Positions 9,553 through 20,298 of a stretch of 59,045 nt of DNA are shown piece by piece. Location of the stretch: positions 1-59,045 of IMG/VR virus record IMGVR_UViG_3300025151_000040; one strand, 5' to 3'. The position numbers and the translations under genes were made by a program. Each line of letters opens with the position of its first letter. Position 1 is the first letter of the stretch. The notes beneath the pieces were generated by a model. It made no database searches and was not told the DNA's origin. It worked only from the letters and a program-made list of their open reading frames with translations. The DNA is from a virus (taxonomy: Duplodnaviria > Caudoviricetes).

Positions 9553-11481
9553 ATGTCAACAGCTTTAAATGTAAAAGAAGATTTTAATATTCTTCAAAAC
9601 TTCATAAAAGAAAATAATCAAGAAGGTATAGATCGTATTTACGAAAAATATGGTGGAGAAGAAAGATTTGAAAACGCCATAATGAATTATAATGAAGCAA
9701 ATGAACGTCCGCCTGGTGAAGACGAAGTAATGTCTACTGAAGAAGTTCTTGAATTAATGGACAAAAGAGCAGATGAGGGACAGGTAACTCAAGATGCTAC
9801 TTCTATTCTTTCTGATTTAGATAAGTTTAAAAACGCTGAAAAAGAATTTCAAAACTACGAAGAAAAAATAGCCCTTGCAGATAATATTATAAGTTTAGCT
9901 AATTTAAATGAACAGCAAGGAGATTTATTAAAAGAAAGTTTAGGGGCTAATAATAAAGGAATATTCGGAACAATTACAGATGGTGTTAAAAGCATAGGAG
10001 ATATCTTTACAGGTAGAACTGATTTTGATTTAGATACTTTTAGGGCCGCCGCACTTACAGCTGAAAAACTACCAATAGGTTCAGAGAATGTCGGATCACT
10101 TTACGGTGCTGCTTTTACTGATACGCCTGGTAAAGAAGTATTTAAAGATAGACTTATGGATCCTAGAACTCAATTCTTTTTACGATTAGCAAGAGAATCA
10201 GGAACACCTTCTTTCGCTTCTCCTTTTGCACGTGTCGCTAATGCTGCAGTTCAAACGGGTGAAGCTGAACAACAAAAATTATTAAACTTATTAAAGTATA
10301 GAGATAAAAATAAAACTACTGATAAAACAACAACTAAACAAATAAGATACACGATAAAAGCAAACGACCCTTACTTTTCAGATTTAGGTTTTGCGTCAGG
10401 AACACCTGGGTATGCCACTGTTCAATTAGAAAACGGAAAAATAACAAACTATTTAGATTTTGCTTTATCTACTCAAAAAGTAGCAGACGAAGAATTCGAT
10501 CCTCAAAAATTTCCTATAATTGAAAGTGAAGATAAAAGAATTTTTACAGAATTTGATTTAGATTCAAATATAACACAAAGAAATATATTACAAGAAAATG
10601 TTAGATTAGCTTCACAACTAGACGGACAAAAAGGTGTAACTAACGCAGATCAACTTTTATCGCCTATTGTAGAATTTGTAGCTCAAAAAAGTCCAGATCT
10701 TGCTAATACTCTTGCAGGAATAGTTAATAGAGAAGTAAAAGATTTTGAAATATTTAAAGATTTAGAAGCTAATGTGTTTGATCTTTTATTAGACGATCTT
10801 AAAAATTTATACCCTGTATCTGATAACGATATGAGAGTTATTAAAGCATCTAAACCTTTAGGGGCTTTTGGATTTGGTTTACGTTCATCTCAATTATTAG
10901 CTTTTAAAGAATATGATATTTTAAAAAATCAAGCTGAAAGAGAATTCATAATAAAGAATGGTCAATTAAATCAACAACCAACTTCCTTTTCAAATAAAGG
11001 CATAGAGTATAACGGTAAAATGTATTATACAGCGTCTAACTATGGAAATGCTGTCTTACAAGATAGAATAAATGCTGAGTGGAAAAAATCAGGAATTACA
11101 GATGAACAAATGGATAAGTGGGGTTTTAGAAAAGAAGATGGACAATACAATAATGTTACTAAATTAATAGCTATAAACGGAGTAGAAGTTGCTGAAGCAT
11201 TCGGAGAACCTAGCGATAAGATATTCTTATCAAAAAGTAAAGAAGCTGAAAGCTTATTAGACACTTTAAATTTACCAGCTGACCCTGACGATTTAACTAC
11301 GCCTTTAGTTTTAAGTTTAGCAGAGGGAGAGAAAGCGAGACAAGAAATATTAAGATTAGATTCAGGACCAGGTGATGCTATATATGACGCTTGGGTAGAA
11401 AAATATCCAGGTTTAGATGTTAATACGTCAATTATTATTCAACTTTATCCTAATTACGATGTTGATGTTGATATTGAATAA
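9553..11481 (+). CDS. putative internal virion/ejection protein
   Basis: 642 aa; position between ejection genes; no recognisable motif. Confidence 0.5.
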   Translation: MSTALNVKEDFNILQNFIKENNQEGIDRIYEKYGGEERFENAIMNYNEANERPPGEDEVMSTEEVLELMDKRADEGQVTQDATSILSDLDKFKNAEKEFQNYEEKIALADNIISLANLNEQQGDLLKESLGANNKGIFGTITDGVKSIGDIFTGRTDFDLDTFRAAALTAEKLPIGSENVGSLYGAAFTDTPGKEVFKDRLMDPRTQFFLRLARESGTPSFASPFARVANAAVQTGEAEQQKLLNLLKYRDKNKTTDKTTTKQIRYTIKANDPYFSDLGFASGTPGYATVQLENGKITNYLDFALSTQKVADEEFDPQKFPIIESEDKRIFTEFDLDSNITQRNILQENVRLASQLDGQKGVTNADQLLSPIVEFVAQKSPDLANTLAGIVNREVKDFEIFKDLEANVFDLLLDDLKNLYPVSDNDMRVIKASKPLGAFGFGLRSSQLLAFKEYDILKNQAEREFIIKNGQLNQQPTSFSNKGIEYNGKMYYTASNYGNAVLQDRINAEWKKSGITDEQMDKWGFRKEDGQYNNVTKLIAINGVEVAEAFGEPSDKIFLSKSKEAESLLDTLNLPADPDDLTTPLVLSLAEGEKARQEILRLDSGPGDAIYDAWVEKYPGLDVNTSIIIQLYPNYDVDVDIE

Positions 11482-11483
11482 AA

Positions 11484-14441
11484 ATGTCCAAAGAATTATT
11501 AAAAAAAATAGAAAATTCTAGTACAAGTGAACTAGATACACTTATAAATGAATTAGATACTACAAGGAAAGAAGAAAAACAACCGAATGTTTTAGGCTAC
11601 GATGTTGACGTCATGAAGCAAGGCATTGACGATTACAATAAAGAATTAGAAGAATATTTAATAGAAAAAGAAGTAAGATTTAAATTTCCTTTACAACCAG
11701 GAACAGAAGAGTTCACTAATGCAATAGTGCCAGAAAACGTTAAATTAGAATTTTTAGGAGATTTTCAACCTAGTAAAACTACATCTTTAAAAATGTTAGG
11801 GTTAAACAGTCAAGAAACTGACAGTTATGCTAACTTCATGTACAATCTAATGTACGGCGCTTCTTCAAACATGGGTCCAGATACAGTTAAAGAATATGTA
11901 GGAAATGTTATTCAAACGTTTAACCCTGGTGAAGATATTCAAATGTCATATGCTAGTGAGTTAGAACCAGAATCGCCTAGAGATATAAACAGAATTCAAG
12001 AATTAAAAGATGCTGGATTTAACGTAGATGTAGATGATAATTTATTATTATATAAAGTAGGAGATGGTAATTGGTCAGTCGTAAATGAGCCTGGATTTTC
12101 TGAAGGTGATTTAGGATACTTTACTAAAGATATTGCAAGTGTTTTATTAGAAATACCAGCGTATGCTAAAGGCGGACCAGTAGGGGCCGGTTTAGCTGCA
12201 GGATTTGTAGAGTCAGTAGCTCAAATGGGTGCTTACATGACTAATCAAAAATTAGCAGGGAAAGAAGTAACTGCAGAAGAATTTAGAGATAAATTCATAA
12301 ACTCTTTACCAGATGCTGCATTTGCAGGAGTAAGTACAGCGGTACTAACTAAGGTAGCAGATAAAGCATACAAGTTTATTATGAATAAATTAGGATCTCC
12401 TAAACAAAAACTTAAAGATGATGAAATAGAAGAAAGCACTGCGGCTGTTGAATCAGGTTCTACAACTATAAATAAATTAGACGAAATTAATAAAGACATA
12501 CAAGAAGTAACGGGTAATACTTCAGCTAAAGTTCAATTAACCTTAGGAGAGGCTACTGGTAGTTACGACTTACTTGCAAAGGAAAATAGCATACAAAAAA
12601 TACCTGAATTAGCTGATAAATATAATCAAGCTTATAAACAAAAAATAATTTTATCTCAAAATAGTTTAGAAGAATATACAACTAAAATTTTAGGAGAAGA
12701 ACCCACTCCTAAAACTCAAGTAGTAAGTGAGTTAGGAGAGAACATACAAACAGGAGTAAGTGAAGGTTTAGAAAAAAACACTCAAAAAATATTAGATAAT
12801 TATACTCAAGATTTTTCAAGTTTTAGTAAAATATATGATTTAATAAATAAAAGTTCTGACGGAGGTATAGATTTATTAGAAAACACTAACTTTATTACAA
12901 ATATATTTAATCAACAAAAAAAATTACTTAACACTGAATTAGAAGCAATTGAAGGTAACGTATCTAGAATATTAGGTAATTACTCTGAAGAGATAACTAA
13001 TAATTTAGTTACTTTAAGTAGTTTTAGAAAAACTTTAAATTTAATAGACAACAATAGAAGTTTCTTAAGAGAATTAGATCCTAAAAGTGCTGAATATAGC
13101 ATATTTAAAAATTTCTTAGATTTTACTAAAGAAGGTAGAAAAACTAAAACATTAAGCTTAGAACAAACTCAACAGCTTATACAGTATGTAGATGCTTTAT
13201 CTTCAGATAGTTTTTCTGCTGCATTAAAAAATGTACCAGATGCTAAGAAAGCAGAGTTTAGACAGTTATTATCTGCGTTAAGAAGAGATCTAAGAAGAGG
13301 AGTTAATAAAAATTTAAGTAAAAATGATGCTAATGAATTATTTGCTAGTTACGATAATTTAAGAAATCTAAGAAAAGATTTCGATAATAATGTTATTAAT
13401 GAATTATTCATACAATCTAAATCCGGCAAAGTAAAATTAGCAGACGGTCATATTATAAACCACGTGCTATCTAATGAAAGATTTGCTATTGAGATGGCAA
13501 GTATCTTAAATCAAACTCCTAACTTAGCTAAAAAAGCAGTATTTGAACAAGCTATAATAGATGATTATATAAAAAATGTTTTAGGTGATTTAGGTATTCC
13601 TTCAAGCGAACTTGCTAAGAGAGCAGATAAGTGGTTTGCTTCAAACAAATACATAGACAATTTTTTTACAGGAGAAAATAGAAACATTATAAAACTAATG
13701 CAATCTCCTAGAAAATTTGATCAATACGTTAAAACAATGAATAAAAGAAAAGAAAGTGCTTTAGGAAGAGTAAATAAAGAATATGAAGAATTTACTAGCA
13801 TGGACCCTGCAAACTACTTAGATTATTTTAAAAAAAATCCTACTCAATTTAATAAAATAATTAGTATTATTAGATCAGGAGATTCAGCACTAGCTAATCA
13901 AGTGCGTAGACAAACTCAACAATTCTTTTTAAGAGAATTTTATGATGCAACAACATCTTATGATGCTAGAGCTGGTATGTATGCGTTTGATGGAGCCAAG
14001 CTTTTAGAGTTTTTAAAAGTTAATAATAATAGAGAAATGTTATTAAATATCTTTGGTGAACAAAGAGGCGCTAAATTCATAGGTGCTTTTGACGATATTG
14101 GAAATATTTTATTAAATTTTCAAAAGAAAATTACAGATATAGAAAAGGAACCAGTAATAACTAGAGCAGGGCTTGATATAGTTTTTGGTCCTTTAAATAG
14201 AAAAAGAACAATCTTAAGAGGAATTACTAGAGCAGTAAAATTATTTGGTGCTGAAGATTATATGGATAACGTGTTAGATGTAGAAACGTATATAAAAACT
14301 TTACTTGATCAAGAAAAACTAGGAACAGTAACCGCTGTATCAGGAACTCAAGCAATTGAAGCAGATCAAGAACCACCTAAGCCAACTTCAATGGTCGATA
14401 AAATAGTGGATAGTGTAGGTTCGTTAGAGATATTTAATTAG
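11484..14441 (+). CDS. large internal virion/ejection protein
   Basis: 985 aa helical protein with a Gly/Ala hydrophobic segment (GGPVGAGLAAGF); last gene of the virion module. Confidence 0.55.
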   Translation: MSKELLKKIENSSTSELDTLINELDTTRKEEKQPNVLGYDVDVMKQGIDDYNKELEEYLIEKEVRFKFPLQPGTEEFTNAIVPENVKLEFLGDFQPSKTTSLKMLGLNSQETDSYANFMYNLMYGASSNMGPDTVKEYVGNVIQTFNPGEDIQMSYASELEPESPRDINRIQELKDAGFNVDVDDNLLLYKVGDGNWSVVNEPGFSEGDLGYFTKDIASVLLEIPAYAKGGPVGAGLAAGFVESVAQMGAYMTNQKLAGKEVTAEEFRDKFINSLPDAAFAGVSTAVLTKVADKAYKFIMNKLGSPKQKLKDDEIEESTAAVESGSTTINKLDEINKDIQEVTGNTSAKVQLTLGEATGSYDLLAKENSIQKIPELADKYNQAYKQKIILSQNSLEEYTTKILGEEPTPKTQVVSELGENIQTGVSEGLEKNTQKILDNYTQDFSSFSKIYDLINKSSDGGIDLLENTNFITNIFNQQKKLLNTELEAIEGNVSRILGNYSEEITNNLVTLSSFRKTLNLIDNNRSFLRELDPKSAEYSIFKNFLDFTKEGRKTKTLSLEQTQQLIQYVDALSSDSFSAALKNVPDAKKAEFRQLLSALRRDLRRGVNKNLSKNDANELFASYDNLRNLRKDFDNNVINELFIQSKSGKVKLADGHIINHVLSNERFAIEMASILNQTPNLAKKAVFEQAIIDDYIKNVLGDLGIPSSELAKRADKWFASNKYIDNFFTGENRNIIKLMQSPRKFDQYVKTMNKRKESALGRVNKEYEEFTSMDPANYLDYFKKNPTQFNKIISIIRSGDSALANQVRRQTQQFFLREFYDATTSYDARAGMYAFDGAKLLEFLKVNNNREMLLNIFGEQRGAKFIGAFDDIGNILLNFQKKITDIEKEPVITRAGLDIVFGPLNRKRTILRGITRAVKLFGAEDYMDNVLDVETYIKTLLDQEKLGTVTAVSGTQAIEADQEPPKPTSMVDKIVDSVGSLEIFN

Positions 14442-14725
14442 TGTCTCTGAGTAAATCGGTCAAAGGAACATCATCAGAGCATGCCGGAATTTCTTGGTTA
14501 TTAAAACAAGGCTATCATGTATTTAAAAATGTACATGTTACTGGTTTTATAGACGTAGTTATATTTAATGGTAAAGAACTAATAGGTATAGATATTAAAA
14601 GTGAAACATTTAGAAAGAAAAACGGACAAAAGATCTATAGAAAACCTACTAGTAAACAAGATGAATATGGTGTAAAATTGTTATTCGTAAAAAAAGACGG
14701 AGAGTGTTATTTTGGAAACCATTAA
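14441..14725 (+). CDS. small PD-(D/E)xK nuclease-like protein
   Basis: G..SE..L..GY.VF..G.ID....IDIKS. Confidence 0.6.
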   Translation: MSLSKSVKGTSSEHAGISWLLKQGYHVFKNVHVTGFIDVVIFNGKELIGIDIKSETFRKKNGQKIYRKPTSKQDEYGVKLLFVKKDGECYFGNH

Positions 14726-15134
14726 AGAACGTATAATTAAACACGAAGGTAAAATAAATAAGATATATAAAGATTCTTTAGGTCTTAAAACCTTTGGTGT
14801 AGGACATTTAGTATTACAATCTGATGATTTAGAAGAAAATGTAGAATATTCAGATGACGTTGTTATGAGATATTTTGAAAAAGACTTTGAAACTGCAGTA
14901 GGAGATGCCGATAAATTCATAGATAAGAACGAACATCCAGAAGATATTTATGGTGTTATAATCGAAATGTGTTTTCAACTAGGATATCCTCGTCTTTGTG
15001 GCTTTAAAAAGTTTAAGGCCGCTTTAGAAAATAAAGATTATGTAACAGCTTCAGCAGAAATGTTAGACAGCCGATGGGCTAAACAAACACCTAATCGAGC
15101 AAATGGTTTAGCAGATATTGTGAGGAACGTATAA
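14712..15134 (+). CDS. endolysin, GH24 (T4-type) lysozyme
   Basis: HEG..Y.DSLG..TFGVGH catalytic E/D/T; SRWAKQTPNRA. Confidence 0.9.
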   Translation: METIKERIIKHEGKINKIYKDSLGLKTFGVGHLVLQSDDLEENVEYSDDVVMRYFEKDFETAVGDADKFIDKNEHPEDIYGVIIEMCFQLGYPRLCGFKKFKAALENKDYVTASAEMLDSRWAKQTPNRANGLADIVRNV

Positions 15135-15520
15135 TGCTTTTAAATTTAGTTCCTACAATTTTAAAAGGAGTTGTTGACGTTGTTAAAACTAAAACCGAAA
15201 CTAAAAAACTTATGGCTCAAGCTGAGCAAACGCATGTTAGAAAAATGGCTGAAGGTGAAATTGATTACGCCATCGCAACACAAAAAAATATGCAAAATTC
15301 TTGGCGTGACGAATGGTTCACAATTATCCTCTCGATTCCACTCATTATAGTTTTTGCTGCAATATTTTTAAATAAACCTGAATGGATTACAAAATTAAAA
15401 GATGGATTCATAACTTTAGATGAGTTACCTGACTGGTACATATGGGCGTTATTGGCAGCTATAGCTAGTTCGTTTGGATTAAAAGTATCAGATCTTGCTA
15501 TTAAAAAATTTAAAAAGTAA
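15134..15520 (+). CDS. holin
   Basis: Follows the lysozyme; SWRDEW, TM segments, LP.WY..SFG, basic C-terminus. Confidence 0.75.
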   Translation: MLLNLVPTILKGVVDVVKTKTETKKLMAQAEQTHVRKMAEGEIDYAIATQKNMQNSWRDEWFTIILSIPLIIVFAAIFLNKPEWITKLKDGFITLDELPDWYIWALLAAIASSFGLKVSDLAIKKFKK

Positions 15521-15562
15521 TGGCCGATCCAAAAAAAAGGAAGTGGTAGAAGATTATTAAGA
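15520..15562 (+). pseudogene. possible remnant of a deleted small basic gene
   Basis: Coupled ATG gives MADPKK, then GSGRRL in another frame; resembles the start of a DPK.GTGKKPKGSGRRL phage family recalled from memory. Confidence 0.35.
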
Positions 15563-15922
15563 ATGAAAATATCAGATCAAACAAGTATCTCCATGCCAAT
15601 GAGAAACTTGTTGAGTATTCTCGCAGCAGTAGCAATAGGTGTGTGGGCATACTTTGGAGTCATTGAACGATTAAATAATATTGAAACAAGACAAACTTTA
15701 TTTGAAGAAGACTTAGTTAAAGGTGCTGATCAAACGCCAGTCGATCAAGAACAGTTTATGTTATTAGAATTTGTATCAGGACAAGTAGAAGGTATGTCAG
15801 AAGATTTAGAAAATATGGCACATAACAAAGTTAATATACAAAGATTACAAACTGACATGGAAAAAGCACTTGAAGATATTGAAGAACTAAAAGATAAAAT
15901 AAGGGCAGCAAATGGTCACTAA
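15563..15922 (+). CDS. membrane-anchored coiled-coil protein
   Basis: N-terminal TM (LLSILAAVAIGVWAYFG) followed by heptad repeats. Confidence 0.6.
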   Translation: MKISDQTSISMPMRNLLSILAAVAIGVWAYFGVIERLNNIETRQTLFEEDLVKGADQTPVDQEQFMLLEFVSGQVEGMSEDLENMAHNKVNIQRLQTDMEKALEDIEELKDKIRAANGH

Positions 15923-16130
15923 AGTAATTATAGCTTTAATTTTATTTTCTGGTGGTACTATGATTGAACATACTGTAACAGATGGTGTTAAAGACTGCCT
16001 TGAAAAGAAAAGAATTATAGAACGCAACATGCAATCTGATACTGCAAGAGTATCTTGTGCTAAAGTTGAAGCACAAATAGAAACTATAGAAGGTGTGGAA
16101 TTTATTAGATCTTTGAGTAAGGTGGATTAA
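15912..16130 (+). CDS. small exported protein with two Cys
   Basis: Hydrophobic N-terminus; CLEKKR..SC. Confidence 0.55.
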   Translation: MVTKVIIALILFSGGTMIEHTVTDGVKDCLEKKRIIERNMQSDTARVSCAKVEAQIETIEGVEFIRSLSKVD

Positions 16131-16696
16131 TGGGGAATTGGTTTCTCTATTTAATAAGTTGTCTTATATTAACTTTAGTATTCGTTATTGGTGGCACAAA
16201 AAATTTTTACGCTGAAACGAACACTGTATCTAGTACAGTAGTAACTAATAGCACACCTCCTACTGCAAATGCTCCTACAATTATGAATAATAATAGTGAT
16301 ATATGTAAAGTTGGTGTGGGAGCCAGTGTGCAAAATAATGTAGTTGGTGTAGCTACAGGTGTAGTTATAGATGATGAATTATGTCAAAAATTAAAGCTAA
16401 GTCGTAGTCTATATGCTTACGGTATGAAGGTTGCGGCAGTATCCGTCTTATGTCAAGACTCTCGTGTTTGGGACGCTATGACTGATGCAGGAACCCCGTG
16501 CCCTGCTAGAGGTTCTATCGGAATAGAAGCTCAACAGTATTGGTCTAATAATCCTGATGAAATACCAGACGGCAGTAAATACAAATCAGAATATATTGCC
16601 GAAAATAAACCACCAGAAAAGGAGTTTAGTGATGCACAAAATGCTGCTCTATTTAAAACTTTGTTTATTCTTACTACTGGTATCCTTTTATTCTAA
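16130..16696 (+). CDS. exported Cys-containing protein
   Basis: Signal peptide; PPTA.AP..DIC..C.KLKLSR.L...GMKVAAVS.LCQD.RV..AM..AGTPCP; hydrophobic C-terminus. Confidence 0.65.
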   Translation: MGNWFLYLISCLILTLVFVIGGTKNFYAETNTVSSTVVTNSTPPTANAPTIMNNNSDICKVGVGASVQNNVVGVATGVVIDDELCQKLKLSRSLYAYGMKVAAVSVLCQDSRVWDAMTDAGTPCPARGSIGIEAQQYWSNNPDEIPDGSKYKSEYIAENKPPEKEFSDAQNAALFKTLFILTTGILLF

Positions 16697-18059
16697 AGCA
16701 GATACTTGTCTACCAGATGTAGAAGGTCTTTGCACGCCAGGAGTTACGATTGATGAACAAGTTACTGTAGAAAAAACTGAAGAAGATAAGGGAACAGAAA
16801 TTATCTATACAACGACTACCACGACTACAACTACGACTACAACAGTAACGAATGAAGATTCTGGAGACATCCTAGACGGAGGTAATGGATATGTATCATC
16901 TAACAAAGAAGGCGATATGGATATTGATTGGGGTGGCCAGGGTCCAGCATCCATGCCTTCAGGTAATTCTTGTTACGCTTTAGGTTCTGATAAGTGTGCT
17001 CAGATAACAGGAAGTGGTAATAATACTTCTACAATGGGAGTTGATGGCATGGGAACTACTTTTGTAAATACTATTGACATATCAGATTTAAATATAGACA
17101 ATGGTGGTCAAGTAAAGTATTCAATCGAAGTTGATAAAAGAGATGCTCAAGATAGAATATACATGCACGTTTCAGGATTTAACGGAACTACTTCAGTCTT
17201 TTCAGGTACTGACATCTTGTCTGACACTGGCATTGCATCAGGTTACCAATCATACAATGGGTCTTTCGATTTCAGTGGCATTTTAAATAAAGTTACTATT
17301 GAAATTGGTGGAAGAGACATAAATTTAGCTATTGGTCCACTATTTGATGATGTGACTGTTAATGTATTATATAATGTAATTGATACAATTATTACTCAAC
17401 AGATAACTTCTGTTGAAGAAATAGTTTATTTAAACATAGGAAATCCTACAGAATTAGATCTAATCGAAGAGATTATTGAATATAATGATATTACAATTGA
17501 CGAGTCAGGTGAAATTGAATTTGTTCCCATAGAAACTCCACAAGAAGATATTACTTACGAAACTGTAGAAATAGAAATAGATTTTGAGGTAGAAAATATA
17601 GAACCTGAAATAGAAGTGCAAGTTGCTTCTATAGAAGCTGAAATGGAAGCTGAAATAGAAATGGTTGAAGCTGAGGAAGAAATTACAGAAGAACCTCAAG
17701 AAGAATTACAAGAACCAGAACAAGAAACACCACAAACAGTACAAAAAGAAGAAGATTCAGAAGAAACGGTAGAAGAAGAGAAATCATCTGAACCTAAGAT
17801 ATCAGATAAGGAAAAAGCTGCTACTAAAATAGTAAAGAAGATTGATGATAAAGCTAGATATGACGATGCTGCTCAAACTAAAACTTTAATCGTAATGCAG
17901 ATACTTGGTAATACTAAAACGTTTTTTGATTCACAAGCAACAATTACTGATACTAATGTAGAAGAATATTTGTTAAAGACAATAGATGACAAATATGGTA
18001 TATTGTTTAGCAATTCACAAAATAACATAATGGAACAAATGATCAATGGCCAGTATTGA
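16632..18059 (+). CDS. large acidic exported protein (likely start ATG 16632)
   Basis: GGAG upstream of 16632; signal peptide; poly-Thr linker; Glu-rich C-terminal half. Confidence 0.65.
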   Translation: MHKMLLYLKLCLFLLLVSFYSKADTCLPDVEGLCTPGVTIDEQVTVEKTEEDKGTEIIYTTTTTTTTTTTTVTNEDSGDILDGGNGYVSSNKEGDMDIDWGGQGPASMPSGNSCYALGSDKCAQITGSGNNTSTMGVDGMGTTFVNTIDISDLNIDNGGQVKYSIEVDKRDAQDRIYMHVSGFNGTTSVFSGTDILSDTGIASGYQSYNGSFDFSGILNKVTIEIGGRDINLAIGPLFDDVTVNVLYNVIDTIITQQITSVEEIVYLNIGNPTELDLIEEIIEYNDITIDESGEIEFVPIETPQEDITYETVEIEIDFEVENIEPEIEVQVASIEAEMEAEIEMVEAEEEITEEPQEELQEPEQETPQTVQKEEDSEETVEEEKSSEPKISDKEKAATKIVKKIDDKARYDDAAQTKTLIVMQILGNTKTFFDSQATITDTNVEEYLLKTIDDKYGILFSNSQNNIMEQMINGQY

Positions 18060-18528
18060 ATATCAAGGTATAAAGTTTAGTGGTGGTAAATTCTTTATTA
18101 TACTATCTCTATTAGGAGCAATCGTAGGTGGAGGTTGGTCAGCTTATAAATTTTATGACGATTATCTAGATATGAAAGCGCAGATACAAAATTTTGTAGC
18201 TCCTGATCTTAGTGATTTCGATAAAAAAATCGCACTAGTAGAACAAGAATTAGAAATAATAAAAACTGAAATACCTATGATATTAGAAGAAGTAAGCTTA
18301 GTTGCTTCTACTGCAAAAGAATTAAAAGATGATTTGAAAGCAGACTTACGCCAAATGGAAGGCGATATTAGACATATAACTGAAATTGTAAATGATGTAG
18401 AAGATCGACAGAAAGAAGATGCTAGAGAACTTCTTGATGAAATGAAATTACTAGAAGAAAGTCTTGACTTAAAGATAGATAAAGCTTTAAATAATCCGTT
18501 GAATAATATGTCGGCTACTGTAAAATAA
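18046..18528 (+). CDS. membrane-anchored coiled-coil protein
   Basis: TM FIILSLLGAIVGGGW followed by coiled coil; C-terminal NNPL. Confidence 0.6.
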   Translation: MASIEYQGIKFSGGKFFIILSLLGAIVGGGWSAYKFYDDYLDMKAQIQNFVAPDLSDFDKKIALVEQELEIIKTEIPMILEEVSLVASTAKELKDDLKADLRQMEGDIRHITEIVNDVEDRQKEDARELLDEMKLLEESLDLKIDKALNNPLNNMSATVK

Positions 18529-18532
18529 TACC

Positions 18533-18757
18533 ATGAACATAGATCTCAAGATAGCTACTCCATATATTGTAATGGTAGTAGGTTTTGCTATGACTTGGGG
18601 TATGTGGAAATCTAGATTAGAAGCTGTAGAAACTAAGGTAGATACTATTACTCAAATGCAGTTAGACGTAGCTGTAATAAAAGAAAAAATAGTTCAAATG
18701 GACGATAAGATGGCTTGGATAGAAGAATTCTTAATTAAAAATTATAAAGAATATTAA
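18533..18757 (+). CDS. small membrane protein with coiled coil
   Basis: TM YIVMVVGFAMTWG followed by heptads. Confidence 0.55.
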   Translation: MNIDLKIATPYIVMVVGFAMTWGMWKSRLEAVETKVDTITQMQLDVAVIKEKIVQMDDKMAWIEEFLIKNYKEY

Positions 18758-20229
18758 ATCCATTCTTTCCAATTATCCCCTGTAATACTATCAGCTAAAG
18801 ACTTTTTATTGCGTAAAGCTTCGAATATCTTTTCATCAATAGTTTTAGGAGTTACAAAATCTATATAAGTAACTTTATTAGTTTGGCCTATTCTATGAGG
18901 TCTATCTTCCGATTGTAGTCTAACTTCTAAATCATAGCTATTAGCATAATAAATAACAGTAGTGGCGTTAGTTAAAGTTAATCCGTAACCACCAGTTCTA
19001 GGTTGTCCTATAAAATAATCTATTTCGCCAGCTTGAAATTGTGTAACTATTTCCTGTCTATCTTCAGATTTTGTGTCGCCATAATAAGTGGCGCATGTTT
19101 TATTAGGTAGATGTTTCTTTATAGCGTTTTCTATATCGTGAATAGATCTAGTATAGTTAGACCAAATAATAACTTGGCCTTCCGTTTCTTCAAGCACTTG
19201 AATTAATTCTGTTATTCGAGGGTTTACTTTATCTATTTCTTCTTCTCTTCCGTCATCATACTTTACGAAACCACACATGATTTGTTGTAATCTTAATAAT
19301 CGAGTAATAATAAGAGGAGCCGTTACAGATTTTTCTTCCGACAATTCTATATATGCTTTACGTCTTAATATATCATATACTTTCTTTTGTTTAGAAGTCA
19401 TTTCAATCTCTCGCTTTATGTAAATTTTATCTGGTAAATCTAAACATTCAGCTTTCGTTACACGATAAGAATAAGGTTTAATTATATCTTGTAGTTCATC
19501 TAAGTTTTGATAATCAACTATTTCATCAAACGTTCTCATATTAATAGTTCGCCTTCGTAAGACACAATAACGATTACGAAAACCATAAAAAGAAGATTGT
19601 AAGATATTATCAGAAAGAAAAGACATCTGAGTATAGATATCTATTGGCCCTGCAGTTACAGGTGTTCCTGTTAATATTCTACGATACTTTGCCATATTCG
19701 CAATCTTTAATAGATTCTTTGTTCTTCGAGCAGTTTTATGTTTTATCGTTGATGATTCATCTATAACAACCATAGACTTATGAACATTAAGAAAACGTTG
19801 AGTGTAGTGAAGTCCTTTTAGTGTACTAAAAGCTTCTATATTAATAATAAAGACTTTAAGACCGTTATGGCTAGACTTCATAAATTCGGTTAATCGTTCA
19901 ATATTCTTTTTCGTTTCAATAGGGTTCCATAACTCCATATAAATAGAATCAAGAACATCATCTGGCATATGTATAGGTATTTCTAACTTTAACCAGTTAC
20001 GATAAACACCTTTAGGTGCTACAATAATAGCACTATCTATACTGCCTTTTCTTGCAAGATAAGTTATCGTGTCTACAATAACTTTTGATTTACCAGTTCC
20101 TTGTTCCATAAATAGAGCATAATACTCTTCATCACGAGAAGTTTTAAAAACTTCCCATTGATGTTTAAATGGTTTCGTTTTATACTTATAGTCTATAAAT
20201 TCTTCATTACTAAAAGATACTTGCGTCAT
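18754..20229 (-). CDS. SNF2-family (SF2) helicase
   Basis: EQGTGKS, VIDESS, LTGTP, GLTLT, QSEDRPHRIGQ. Confidence 0.92.
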   Translation of the reverse strand: MTQVSFSNEEFIDYKYKTKPFKHQWEVFKTSRDEEYYALFMEQGTGKSKVIVDTITYLARKGSIDSAIIVAPKGVYRNWLKLEIPIHMPDDVLDSIYMELWNPIETKKNIERLTEFMKSSHNGLKVFIINIEAFSTLKGLHYTQRFLNVHKSMVVIDESSTIKHKTARRTKNLLKIANMAKYRRILTGTPVTAGPIDIYTQMSFLSDNILQSSFYGFRNRYCVLRRRTINMRTFDEIVDYQNLDELQDIIKPYSYRVTKAECLDLPDKIYIKREIEMTSKQKKVYDILRRKAYIELSEEKSVTAPLIITRLLRLQQIMCGFVKYDDGREEEIDKVNPRITELIQVLEETEGQVIIWSNYTRSIHDIENAIKKHLPNKTCATYYGDTKSEDRQEIVTQFQAGEIDYFIGQPRTGGYGLTLTNATTVIYYANSYDLEVRLQSEDRPHRIGQTNKVTYIDFVTPKTIDEKIFEALRNKKSLADSITGDNWKEWI

Positions 20230-20298
20230 TATATTATTCTTTCTGTTTAAATTTAAAAATTAATTTATATTATACTAAAAAATAAGAAAGGAGAAACA
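20230..20298. promoter_or_regulatory. divergent promoter region (helicase / replication operon)
   Basis: AT-rich gap; TGTTTAAA..TATTATACT..AGAAAGGAG on + strand. Confidence 0.55.

Noticed and set aside
16808-16850. ACN repeat tract as a contingency locus
   Set aside because: Mixed synonymous codons encode a poly-Thr linker, not a slippage-prone repeat
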